From: Iphione sp. A-MEVVRFRX5
Taxonomy: Eukaryota
NCBI GenBank assembly: GCA_976226885.1
Contig: OZ320316.1
Coordinates: forward strand, 89,094,001-89,158,000
Direction: 5' to 3'
DNA: 64,000 nt
Made by a program: the position numbers and the translations under genes. How positions within the stretch are numbered: position 1 is the first letter of the stretch; every line of letters starts with the position of its first letter. The notes under the pieces were generated by a model. It did no database searches. It was given only the letters and a program-made list of their open reading frames with translations, and had not been told where the DNA came from. Below are positions 13,801 to 25,900 of this stretch, in pieces.

Positions 13801-15819
13801 AGATGACAAGGAACATGACATCAAAAACTCCTCCACCTGATAGTGGACTAGAAAGGGAACAATTTAATCAAGAATAACAAGAATAATATTTGACAATGGA
13901 TGACAAGTAAGAAACTGATTTTTGTAACTAACAATATGTACAGATACATATGAAAAGCGACTTGGTCGATATGTATTTGTTGAATAATCAACAAAAAAGA
14001 CAGCTCTCGTTGCTGGCCAAATCCACACAATGTAAGAAAAGAGAGAATATGTATAAAATAAGTGTCATAAACTGATTATTATCTCATGAGAGACTGAAAA
14101 AATGAAGACCATTGATTTCAGTCCTCAGTCGAGTCCTCACTATTGCAGGTACAATTAGTTACACCAAAGCGGTGTCGCAATAGTGAGAAATTACCTTACG
14201 TGTAATGATAATTTTTGTAAAACAATTATATTCTTTCGATATTTGATAGACACATTAAGCAATAAAAGTTATTCCACATTTCAAGGGTTGCATCAATTCA
14301 CGATACAATTGTCCGCATAGCACGCTATCCATGTAAAAAACAATTTTCAGAGTGCGTGAACAGTCGATTTCAATTATTAGTCGATTTCAGTAGCATTGCT
14401 CCAGAGAGTGCGTTTTCTTTTCAACAGAGTCTCCGGTAACAGGACCATGACTTTATTACAGAATACATCCAGTGGTGATATTGGTTGTCTTGGTTTCCCT
14501 TTGCATCTCAAGGTGAATGCCCAAGGTTGACAAAATGTACATTCAGTTGAATATATTTTCACACTTATTCATGGTGTTAATCTTCATATCCTTCCCAACT
14601 GCCTTCTTTGTGGTGTCTGCGTGTACATTCCTGATGTTTTATGTCAAGGAACATCGCTATTATGCTAGATATGACAGCTATCACTGTAACAATTGATAAT
14701 GTGGATATGTGACATCCTCGACTGCCTAAGATATTGCAGGCCCATAGCCAAGGGGGTATCGGGGGTATCGTCCGATACCTCCCAAAGCCAATAATGCCTA
14801 TTTGCCTCTGTAGGGAGGAAAAAAACGAGTTCCACCTCTGTAGTATTGGGGGTACCTTCCGATACCCCCCCAAAATGTTCCTGGCTACAGGCCTGTATTC
14901 GCTCTTCTGGTCCGAGTGTGAGTCCTCTCTTTTTGCGCCGTTATATAGACCGACTTACATATATTTGTTTCGGATCGATCTGTAGCATTACCAATATATT
15001 TGACTGAACTAGTCCTGTTTTATGATTTTCAATGTGGCCATACCCAAAAGGCCTATTTACGGTCTTTGCCCAAATAGAATAGCAGGTAATATATGTCAGG
15101 GATCAGAAAGCAAAGTATACAATATTAATATATTTTGCAATAGTTTAGGTATACATAATTAGATTAGATACGGACACTAACATTTAGACTACACTGCAAT
15201 ATTCTATCTTTAAGTTTCTATTCTCTAAATCTCTCAATTTTCTACACAATTTTTAAATCATTACGACAGATATTCGTTTCACATGTACCGTGCAGGTAGT
15301 TGTATATATGTGCTTTATTTGGCCCCTTCTATTTGTGACGATATTGCCACAAAGCTATTTTATAAGTGAAAACATTCATCAAAAATATTTCAAGCTAGAT
15401 GGTCTGCATATCAAATCACCCGATGGAAACCAATACATGTACATATCCTGTGAAAGTAAACTTGGCCGATTTGGTTGATTTGGGGGTCACAATTGTTATG
15501 ATTTCTCAATAAATAATGTAGACCTTTCAGGGATCAGAACGGCCAATCATGTCTGTATGGTTTATATGTAGCGCTTCCACTAACCTTCAAGATCTGTCAG
15601 CATCCTACGGTCCTTCCACAAGCCTTCAGTTTTCAGATAATGTCACAAGACGAACAGTCTGTTAAATGTTGCAGAGTAAGATACGTTAGAGTGGGTGCCG
15701 TTATATGAAGATCAATTATAAAAATAAATACTACAGTTATCTATCTAGTCTGTCACATTATCAAAAGAGAAACGGCGAGATATACAGTATAACATCAGTA
15801 CACTGGACATCACTGGGAG

Positions 15820-16142
15820 GGGGTTTATGCTGTAGCCAGGCTACCCCTTCTCCTCTTTTAACAAAGCTTAACCATAGCATTATAGGGGGCTTTAACTTGG
15901 TAGCTAGGACCTCCTCCAGGGTGTCAGGACGGAAGTCATTCCTCTCCCAGGTGACACGACTCTTCAAAGAGGGAAAAATAATTCATCCTCTAGGTGTTGG
16001 CAGGGAGGTCATGCTTCTCCCGGGTGTTGAAACTCTTCAAGGAAGCAAAATTCATGCCCCCTCTAGGTTTTAGGAGCGAGGTTGTCTCCTTTAGGCCCTG
16101 CAAAATAGGATTTTGTGATTGTAGAGTAAGTGTCCAAAGGTG
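15820..16142 (+). repeat. Unclassified dispersed repeat, copy 1 (internal 75-bp tandem dimer)
   Basis: Collinear similarity with 20062-20255, including an exact 22-mer TAGGCCCTGCAAAATAGGATTT (16092-16113 / 20210-20231). Confidence 0.8.
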
Positions 16143-16366
16143 GCTGTCCACTGTAAGTGAGTGCCTGAAGTGGCCAGGTAAAATTAAACATGATATACAA
16201 GGTATTTATTCAGCCTGGAGTAAATCCATCCATTCTGAGGGTTCTCCACAGTGGCATGGCATCCATGCACAGAGAGTTCACTGTGCTTATATATTAATGA
16301 TAACACAAAAAGGAGGTGGGGAAAGACAGGATAACAAGCCCCTGTTCAAACAACAATCCAATAAAA

Positions 16367-19110
16367 AATAGAATAGAATAAGCGTTTATTGTCATCTGAC
16401 CATCTTTCAGTCAAGGAATATTTCAGGGCATAAACATACAATTCATGTGCATTGTTTTAACATCGCAAATTTCAATCCATCACAATCGCAATACTCAATA
16501 TTTACATAGTTTGTACATAATATCTCAAAGTACACATTCTCTTATGACTTCTTGTCATATAACATCTTCCTAAACTTCCTAGTTCTAGTACATATACGAT
16601 GTATGAGAGGCAAATCATTCCATGATTTCACACCAATGTACAAAAGTGATCTTTCAACCAGTGTATTTTTGTTTCTTTGAAGTTTTAGTCCTACAGTACT
16701 GCCCTTGCGATTGATGCTTTTATTTTCCATTTGCAATTGATTCTGTAAGAACATTTTATGTACCAGAGTTACACTACTGTCATGAATCAACGATCTCATT
16801 ATGTTATTTGATTCATTATACGATATCTGCTGACCAATAATCCTCATATATCCCTTCCTATAGCATTTTGATAGGTTGTGTATTTGTATTTTGCTGGCCC
16901 CCATGATAAATTGGGCAATAGACCTTAAGTAAGGTAATAAATGACATACAAGGAGTCTCTCTCGAACAAAATTTGGTAACAATTTATGTACATTTCCAAT
17001 ACTATACGTTATCTTAGTGACTTTTGTGATTGTTTTGAAATGGAAGCCGACCAACTCAGATCATATCTCAAATTGTGCCCTAGCATCTCTAGTTCCTTTT
17101 TTCTTTCAAGTTTTTCACCTTTTACCAATACTGTCATCTCCTCTTTAGATCCTATTGTACAGTAGTTACACTTACTTGTTTAGAAGAAGACCCTTGTTTA
17201 TACACCACTCGTCTACAGTCATGTATGCATCTCATATTTCCCATTCTAGGTCAACTTTTGTTGTCTGCACTAACCACAACCGTGAGATCGTCAGCATATA
17301 ATGCTTCCTTCCTTCGCGTCCACACTTAGTGATGTTCCTATGTCATTGATAACTATTGTGAAGCCCATAGGCCCAATTAATAATCCTTGTGGAACTCCTA
17401 TGTGGTTAAGACTCTCTTTGGATCTAATTTTGTCTCTGTATAATTATTTGGGCCTATTTTTTAAGTAGTCTCTTAAAACATTAACCATATTTGTGCTCAG
17501 GCATGTACTAACCATATTCCCATCAATAGCTCCCTATTTATAAGGTCGAAAGCCTTAGTGAGATCAAAGACGAATACCTCCACCATTTTCTTGTTGCTAA
17601 TGCCATGTATTATATCACGTAGAAGAGTGGGACCTCTCTACTGAGTAAAGCAAAGGGACTTACCAAAAACTGTCCATAGAGAGGGGTGTCCTTTATAGAA
17701 GGAGTACTTAAACATGAATTTATAGAGATTTTATTCTCTTTTCCAGCTTTCCATAGTAGGGGGTGTCCTTTATAGAGGGTGTCCTTAGTAGAGGGGTTCC
17801 ACTGTATTACCAATTGCAGTTTGGGTCGATCAGCCTGGAATGAATCCATGTTGTTCCAAAATTTGCAATTGCTTAGGTGCGATCTTATTCTTTTACATAG
17901 ATATTTTCTGCAATCTTACCTGGAATTGGCAGAATCTTGATGGGTCTGTATTTGCTTACATCTGTTCTTGAGCCTTGATCTCACACCTATTTACTTTGTC
18001 CGTTTATTGTCTCTGGCAACTACTGACTGGTCTATTATCACGTATTTGTTGGTATAGGTATTGTGCCTGCAATACGCTCCACGTTATTAATGAAACAATC
18101 ATTTATAAACTTTTGGAATATCCTCTCTTTCTAGGTGTGCACCATTATTCTGAGGTTGTATGATGCATTGCCTTCTTGACCATCCTAATAACCTCTTTAG
18201 CTTTTGCCACAATACTCTGCCATCATTTTTCAGAGCTAATGAGTTAATTCATGTAGAAACTGTTACTTTCACTCTTTAGTTGTTTTTTTACATTTCCTAT
18301 CGGAGAATGATAGGATTCTTTTATCACCCTCATTGTTGTATCGTATCACCATTGCAATGTAGTACCTTCTGGCCCCTAGCAGATCCTTCAACTGCTTCTA
18401 CACCTTGGGTAGTTTCAGACACCACTTTTTTGTTGTTCATTCAGGAATATTCTATGATATATTATCTGTTGTGTTTCAATTACCATTTTTCCCATACATG
18501 TATTATGTTTGCATCGGTCTAGTCCCACACACGTAGGTCTCTTACCTCTTTTTTAGCTCATTAAAGTCATGCTTCGTATGAATGACGCTAGCAGCTACCC
18601 CTTTCACCCTTGTGAGACTAGATCCCTTTGTAAACTGCCCTAATACCAAAGTGATCACTAAAACTATTATCTAGTACTTTAGCATCATGAATTGCCATTG
18701 TATTACTGAAAATCAAATCAATAGTCGATCTGTTGTCTACTTTGGTGCTGGCATGTATCAATTGTATACATCCGTAATTGAGTAGCAAGTCTCTTAGTTT
18801 ACATTTTTATCTGTTTTCTGTTGCCCAGTTAATGATAAAATCCCCCAAAAGAATGAAAATTTTCTCTCTGAATTGCTTAATTTTGTCTAATACTAAGCTT
18901 AAATCAACAATGAAATCGATCACCGACGAGGAGGGGGGGGGGCCTATATAATGATAAAACATACAACGTCTTCTACCCTGTTTCACGCTTATAGCCAGTA
19001 TCTCTGTGTTTGAATCGCACAGTGTGGTGATGTAGACCCTTTAGTTTGCCCATAATGCTTCTCATATTGAAGGTTGCAATTAAACATCTCATATCTACCT
19101 ACGAACTGCT
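16367..19110 (-). mobile_element. Decayed CR1/L2 LINE, near-complete ORF2 (APE + RT) with 3' tail
   Basis: Minus strand: LIATFNMRSI, YRPP, ILLGDF, TIDLIF...SDHF (APE); YRPIKILP, FDLTKAFD, GVPQG (17384-17398), YADD (17287-17298) (RT). 3' AATAAA followed by an ATTCT-type tail at 16367-16382. Many stops and frameshifts. Confidence 0.93.
17625..17804. mobile_element. About 180-bp MITE (Tc1/mariner-pogo-like ends) inserted in the LINE RT
   Basis: Right end reads CAGTGGAACCCCTCTACT on the minus strand with flanking TA (17805-17806); left end GAGTGGGACCTCTCTACT is a degenerate inverted copy. Internal GGGTGTCCTT subrepeats. The LINE frame (TAIGN|LRDIIH) resumes across it. Confidence 0.75.
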
Positions 19111-20061
19111 TTTGCAATTTACAGCGTTATCATCTGGTGTTTGCATGAGCAATTTACACAGTCAATGCAAAAAGTATTGGTGGAGAAAATTGTCAGTTTC
19201 AAAACACCAATTTTCTTCAATATATTGTGGAAGGATGGAATCAATGCAAGGAATGTTGATTTGTTTATGATTTATCTTAATATCTTATCATAGATACACT
19301 ATTCATGATGTACACATACATATATATTAGAGCCCGCATCTAACATAAACATATAGCAGTTAGTGTAGTTGTTGCTTGCATTTGCAATGCACCGGATACC
19401 TCTACAGGTAAATGTACATAATCGAAAGTGGTATTACGATACATACATTTGTTTCCCCGTGTCAATTATGGGGAGTCCTTGAGAAGTATATCTCTAAGAG
19501 TAGATGGTGCAAACATTTTACAAAAGCGAAACACTAACAGTTTTTTCTCATCCGATACCTAACGTTCCATACAGTTTTTGCTGTTGTCCCCTACAACAGC
19601 CGACATTCGAATTGTGTGACAGACAAGGCAAAGAATAAGTACAATAGGATTATTCTTGAAAGGTTAGTACAAACTTTATCCCATAAGTTCTCCTCACTAT
19701 ACAAAGAATGGTTCAGAGATCACTCTGAGGGGCAGTACCTTGACGCCTGACGGTCTGACCTGGAGAAGCAAGTGTCTGTGTAGTGGGGGGGGGGTAGATC
19801 AGCTAGACACGCCTGTCACCTGAGGGGTAGGGAAAACATTACACTCGCAGGAATCAATTAAATATCTATAGCCATAAATGAATAATTGAATACATGTATC
19901 CTTGATATGGCAGAATAGATTAACTTGTATCCGTTAGTGCTCGCTATATGTATTTCCAATGAATCGTTACTCATATTTGTGTGGCTAGATCTTTTTTCAT
20001 GTACAGTAAAAACGCAGTACACCAGACATCATTGGGACTGGCCTGAGACCGTCTCGAGTGC

Positions 20062-20255
20062 GGGGTGTATGCTGTAGCTAGGCTATCCCTTCTCCCTCTC
20101 TCTCTATAAAGCTTATAGCATTTAACTTAGTGGCCAGGACCTCCCCCAAGTGATGAGACTCTTTAAAGATCATGCCTCCTGTAGGTGTTAGGGGCAAGGT
20201 TGTTCACTGTAGGCCCTGCAAAATAGGATTTGGGGACTGTAAGTCTAGAGGTGGG
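20062..20255 (+). repeat. Unclassified dispersed repeat, copy 2 (shorter)
   Basis: TATGCTGTAGCTAGGCTATCCCTTCTCC...TTTAACTT...AGGACCTCC...ACTCTT...TAGGCCCTGCAAAATAGGATTT, matching copy 1. Confidence 0.8.
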
Positions 20256-23200
20256 TTTTAATTCCATGCGATGAAACATATGATGAAAGACTGAAGGTTT
20301 ACAACAGTCTAGATGTAATAATTTTTATAATGAGAGCAATGTTCTCGCAAAATCGAGAACTCTATAGATACATTTCATCTCTGAGCGACGAACCCTCCGT
20401 TGCACTTGCGTTTGAAACGGATTATAGCCAACACAAACTGGGCAATTTAAGACTACAGCGTAGTCCTTCCAACAAAATCTTTAACTATTTGTGTGCATTC
20501 TGATGCTGAAGTGATGGTGGAGGACAGTTTTGTTTAAACTATATGTGCTTTGAACCAATATCAAATATTTTCAAACGCTCGGCAACGCAATGGACCGCCA
20601 CTATGGTTCATTAATATTATGGCCGGAAAAGTACGCTGCATTACGAAAACGAATACTGTACTAAATTCTCTACACTTGTCACAATTCATTATGACTTTTA
20701 CTTGTGAGTTAACAGGGACTAGATTCTACGTTTACACCGGCATATAAAAGGGTCACGGAACTCATTAAAGAGGAAAATATAGTGTTCCTTGTGTGCTTGG
20801 ACTTGGTTTGGTGAATATTATATAAATATTACTCGTATGAGAATTTGTTCAGTTCTGAAAGACAAATATGAAGGGAAATATTTGTTTCACGTCTGATACA
20901 AACCTCTTACGCAGTTCGCTTACTCATAGTGCTCTGTGCACACGGTCTTAATCGTCTAGAACGCTGGCATGCCTTCACCACGAGGATTTGCATCTGCAAT
21001 GTGGACACTCGCCCCTACCACGCCGGGTGCCAAACTCCTAAAAACAGACGCTGCATCTCCCACCAGAAAGTACCACTTTGATACTTATGATAGTAAAGGA
21101 CTGGGCATTCCCATTGTTAACAAATATTCACCTTCTCAGATACTAAGCTGAACACTGTGAAATCGTACAGGGCGCCGCACCTACAATACAACCATTTACA
21201 TGTATACACAATTTTTATATGATGAAAATAGAAATACCGTACATTTGGAAGAAAGGGGTATTAATTCTTGGCGGTGACCAGTTTACCGATTAAATGTCTG
21301 AAGCGGACTTTTGAAACCGTAGAACGTATAAGGATAGAGTGCTTGAATACGTGATCTTTTAACTAAAGCTACTGATGCAGACTAAGTGCTATGCGGTTTC
21401 CGTTGTTAAAGAAGAAATGAGAGGCTTTAACTCCAATTCTGCATGCTCTCTTAGGATCTCTTTTTCATTTACGATACTACTTTCCTCCTCTTGCAACAAC
21501 ACAAGGACATCATCGATACGCGTAGAAAAAAAATTACTTTCAGTTAGCCAGAAGGAGAAATCCACTTGCCCACTCTCGAAGTAAAAGTGTATTACATCTC
21601 TGAACGTATCCGGCACCAAGAGTATTGCGATAGCGTTCTACTCAGGCACGGTAAAGTGGCGCCATCATCTTACTGTGTCTGTCGTCGTTTGTGACTCCAA
21701 TTCTATACATGCTTAACACAATACATTCCACCAGGTAAACATCTATCCCCTAAAGCATCAAACTCAACAATGTTAGAAAGGGGGAGGGAGTAAAGATGGC
21801 ATTCCGTTTACTATATATTGAACATCCTGGCAGGTAAACACCATCCTTCTGGCTAGAGTTCAAACCAAATTGTACGTGTTTTCCCACCTTGTTGGCAGGG
21901 TTGTAGAAATATGTGGTTGAGTTGGTCTTAGTCAGTTGTTAGGGCTATGTGACGGCTTATTAGCACAGTCTGCCATGAGATACTATGCTCATTTTACGGA
22001 TGCGTTGCCTTCAGTCCCGGCAGTTGAAATCTATGGCGTCATATATTATGCAGGATTCGACAGCCTGCTTCCGTGTAGCGCTGTAAAATATTAGAAATGG
22101 TTGTACTTGTTAACGCTTGACTACACTGTGTATTGTTGTGTGCGTATACTATTTCCTGACACCTCCTGTTAGACCATAATATGCGTATCATGATTATTCG
22201 CAAAGAGTAAATCAGAAAAGTATTAATTCTAAAACCTAATTGTAATCACATAGTGCGTCTTGATTCATAATAAAAGTCCTTCAGTAGACAAATCCACACT
22301 TTAAGAGATGCCGGTCTCGCCACCTTAAAACCAACCATCTCCCGGGCCGGCCTTGGCAAAAGGTCCCGGGATAGGAGGGGGTCTTTTGCGTGTATTTAAC
22401 CACTGAGACCAACGATCACGTCGGTAGCGTGATGCGACGTCTCCAGCAGATTGCAGCTTGGCGTGATCGACCGCCCGCCCGGGAGGAGGCGCCCTACCAG
22501 GTGTGTCAGGATGGCCAGAAGCTACGGATGACCAGCTAATGCGCAGGTAGAAAGACTACCTTATAAATGATGTATTAGCTCCGGTTGTGATGTATTGTCT
22601 TGTCACCACTAGGGTGCGCCTCAGACACCCCCCTGCCTCTGGAATCACCCAGGATGGAGGTCAGCAGGCATCGCCGTCCCCCAGGGGAGATGGTTGGCAG
22701 ACTGCTACATGGAAAGGGAGGGAAAAGGTTAACACCCTGCCAAAGGGGGACCACTTTATGTTACGGCTTAAATGTAGCCACGAACACCGACCGTCAAAAA
22801 CGGAGCAACAAATGTGCGTACCGACTGTACGGTGAACAGGAATCACACTAGTGTGCATACGGACTCAAACTGTCAGCTTCGAAGACGGATTAAAATACCA
22901 GACAGAACATGCATTTACCTAAGGGCGTTTGTGTGGCGGTTTACGGTGACAAGGGGACAGCACTCTCAACATTCTGAAGAATGGAATGCCCAGTTCCTTA
23001 AGGCAGTTCAATAATCCTTCTCAGAAGAAACTGTGAAAGAGCATAAACTATAACAGATTTATAAAGCTAAAGCAAAACATTTTTAGAAATGTACGCCTAC
23101 GGGTATACATAGTCCATCTGAAGTACACCTGTCATAATACTTTTAAATTGATATCAGAACCATCCAGTTCAAGGATGAGGCATAATTCAAAAAAGAATAT

Positions 23201-25229
23201 AAAAATGCAGTTTTAGATCAATGAAGGAGACGTTAAACGCGCAATTCCCGATTTGACCAGTGCTTCCACTTATCGATTCATTTATGGTAATGACCTACCA
23301 CGTCGCAGATGTCGTTACACGGCTCCAAGCGGCACCTCCAGTAATAAATTTATGCTAATGTCAAGACCGTTTATATTACACATGAAGTCGTCCGCAAGCA
23401 ACAGGTCGTTAAACTTTACTGCAGTGTATATTTACGACATGTTTAAAATTAAGTTCGGATACTCTGAAAAGAAATGGCTGTGAAATGGGATCGGCTCTGC
23501 CGATATACTGACATATGGTTTCACTCCAAATTCTGTTAATTGAAACATCCTGATTCTGGAGAAAAAACAGGTCTGCAGCTCAGTAACATGACATGGGAAG
23601 CCATCGGCATAGAGGAACAAATTTCGAATTTCTGAACTGTTTATCAAGTCACCGTGCCTCCAGAAATACCAGTATGCTGCATATCAAAACAATCATGTCC
23701 GTTTGGTTCTTCCTTGATATGAAAATATCCAAGACGCCTACGTAGGGTGAGTCGTGTTGAACTCACAACACGAGCAACTTGTCCCAAAGTAAAGGTTCAG
23801 AATGACCTATCCCACCAAAAGCAATGGCAAAAACAATATTTGAATACAGATCACAAGTCATTTTATGGTAGTTGTCCAGGTTAATGGTACAGAAGATATC
23901 ATGCTCCTCCTCTGTAATATTAATCGCAGAACGGCAACGTTTGTATGTTATACAGGAGGTGCCTCATAAATTGCCGACAATGGCGTTAAGTTGTTGTTTA
24001 TTCTGCTCTAGCCCTCGTTCGTTCGACCGGCGCGCCTCCAGAACCTCGTAGCCATGTGAAAGTACAGGGCCTCAGGCTTTGCTTGCCACCTGGGAACTCG
24101 CCAAGCTTTTTCTGCCAACAGACCTGCGTGTGTAAAAGGCAGGTCACCTGCCCTATTGTCTTACCTGTAAGTGCAATACAACAAACGTGCGGGCCTGAGA
24201 ATTTGTGAATTCAATAGTGTAACATGCGTAAGGTATTTGCAGGAGAGTTATCCCATACTGTTTCCAGAATATACAATGTAGTGTTGAAACGTATAATATA
24301 TATAAACTGAACATTTATCTTCGCGCTTATCCACATCATTGTCTCTGGTGTAGTATTTATAACGTTTGTAATAACACGTAACACTATAACACTGACTCAA
24401 TTGGTGATAGCAATGAATGTGGGGCAGAGAGCTCAGTACAACGTAGACAATGCCCGCATCTTGTAAGAAATCGAACAATATTGTATTTCAATCAGTGATA
24501 ATGTCACAGTTAGCAGCCACCACATCGGTAGACTACACTTACTCACGTATCCCGTCCATGCCTTGGGCAAAAATCGATGAGACAGTGAATACGGCAAACA
24601 GAATGTGTCATAAATCAATCGCTTCTACTGTCTATTAGAGCCCGAAGATACGCTCTGTGTCAGGTCTTTTTCTTTGACACGAGCTTCCCAACCTCTCAGC
24701 GAGGTAACATCGATTTTTATCTGCATCAAGATAAGGGGAAACGAATGGGAAGAAAAGAAACCGTAGAATCCCAAGAAACGAATAAATTAATGAAGCTGTA
24801 TCTGCAGTGCTGAAGCACAAACCAGTATAATCTACAGAGCTTACAGGAGGGCCGCCGAATCGAAACAAAACCACACAATTTTGTAATATACATGAAATAC
24901 AGGTAATTTCAGTAAGATATGCGTATAAATTCAAGTGCATAAGATATTAATGCCTTTAAACACGAGCTTCCCGGTCACTTTAATATTGTTTGAATATACA
25001 ATAATGAAGACTCGTTCGTGAAGAAATCGTTTAAAACTGAATAGATCTCACTGATAGATCAAAATATTTCTCAGTTTGGCTCAAATGCTCTAGATACGTC
25101 GCAATCAACAAAGGAATAACAGGAATAAAATACCACCCTAGTGGTGGACCGACTATTGATCGTCACTGAAAATGAAATTGTGTGTCAACGCGCTCGATCC
25201 TCGGATTTCTGGGAGTGAAGTAGTTTACT

Positions 25230-25900
25230 GCTTCCTCGGAGACGAGGTTGTAAATTAAGAACCATCTTTAGAGGATTCGTCCACGCTGTCCGAGCCGCTC
25301 CGAGCGTCAGACGGCGACAGAAGTCAGAAAGAAACGCGACGAGGAACAGATCCAGCGAAAAAGACGGCCGTGTGACTCAAGTCGAGACCAAGTTTGATTA
25401 GTTCTGGGAGAGGCCGTGTGGGAGCGCCGAGACGGCAACGGATCCGGTGACGTGCCCGCGTGCGCAGACGTCACCCAACTCAAAGCGTTCGCGAGTCAAG
25501 CTCGGCTCTGATTGCAACCAAGGCTCTTCCTTTTGAGCATCGTCTCTATTGAGCGACACACGCGCGGCCCTCTTCATAATGAAACCATCACCGGCCTAAT
25601 CAGTCATCGCCCGTACTCTGAACATAGGTCTTGCGAGGGAACCGGCACAGAAACGAAGAGATGAGCGCTTATACCCTTGATCAATTGTTCTGACTATTCG
25701 CACGAGATGTTCTGGTGAATGGCGAGGGATTTTGTTACCTCGCGGTGTACAGGCGTGTTCGAGTTTGTGTTGAGTCCGGTATTATGTGTTTCTTCTCAGA
25801 TTTCACTCTGCATCGAGCCCCGTTCTTTACGCGTTTTCACGCGAGGCGCACCAAGGACCTCTGGTGACAGCGTTCGGGGGTGGGTCGGAATGAAACCTAC
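25230..25900. promoter_or_regulatory. CpG-rich, promoter-like patch (or decayed TE)
   Basis: High CpG density against an AT-rich background; CRE-like GTGACGT/GACGTCAC and NRF1-like GCGTGCGCA motifs at about 25447-25475. No associated gene identified. Confidence 0.25.
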
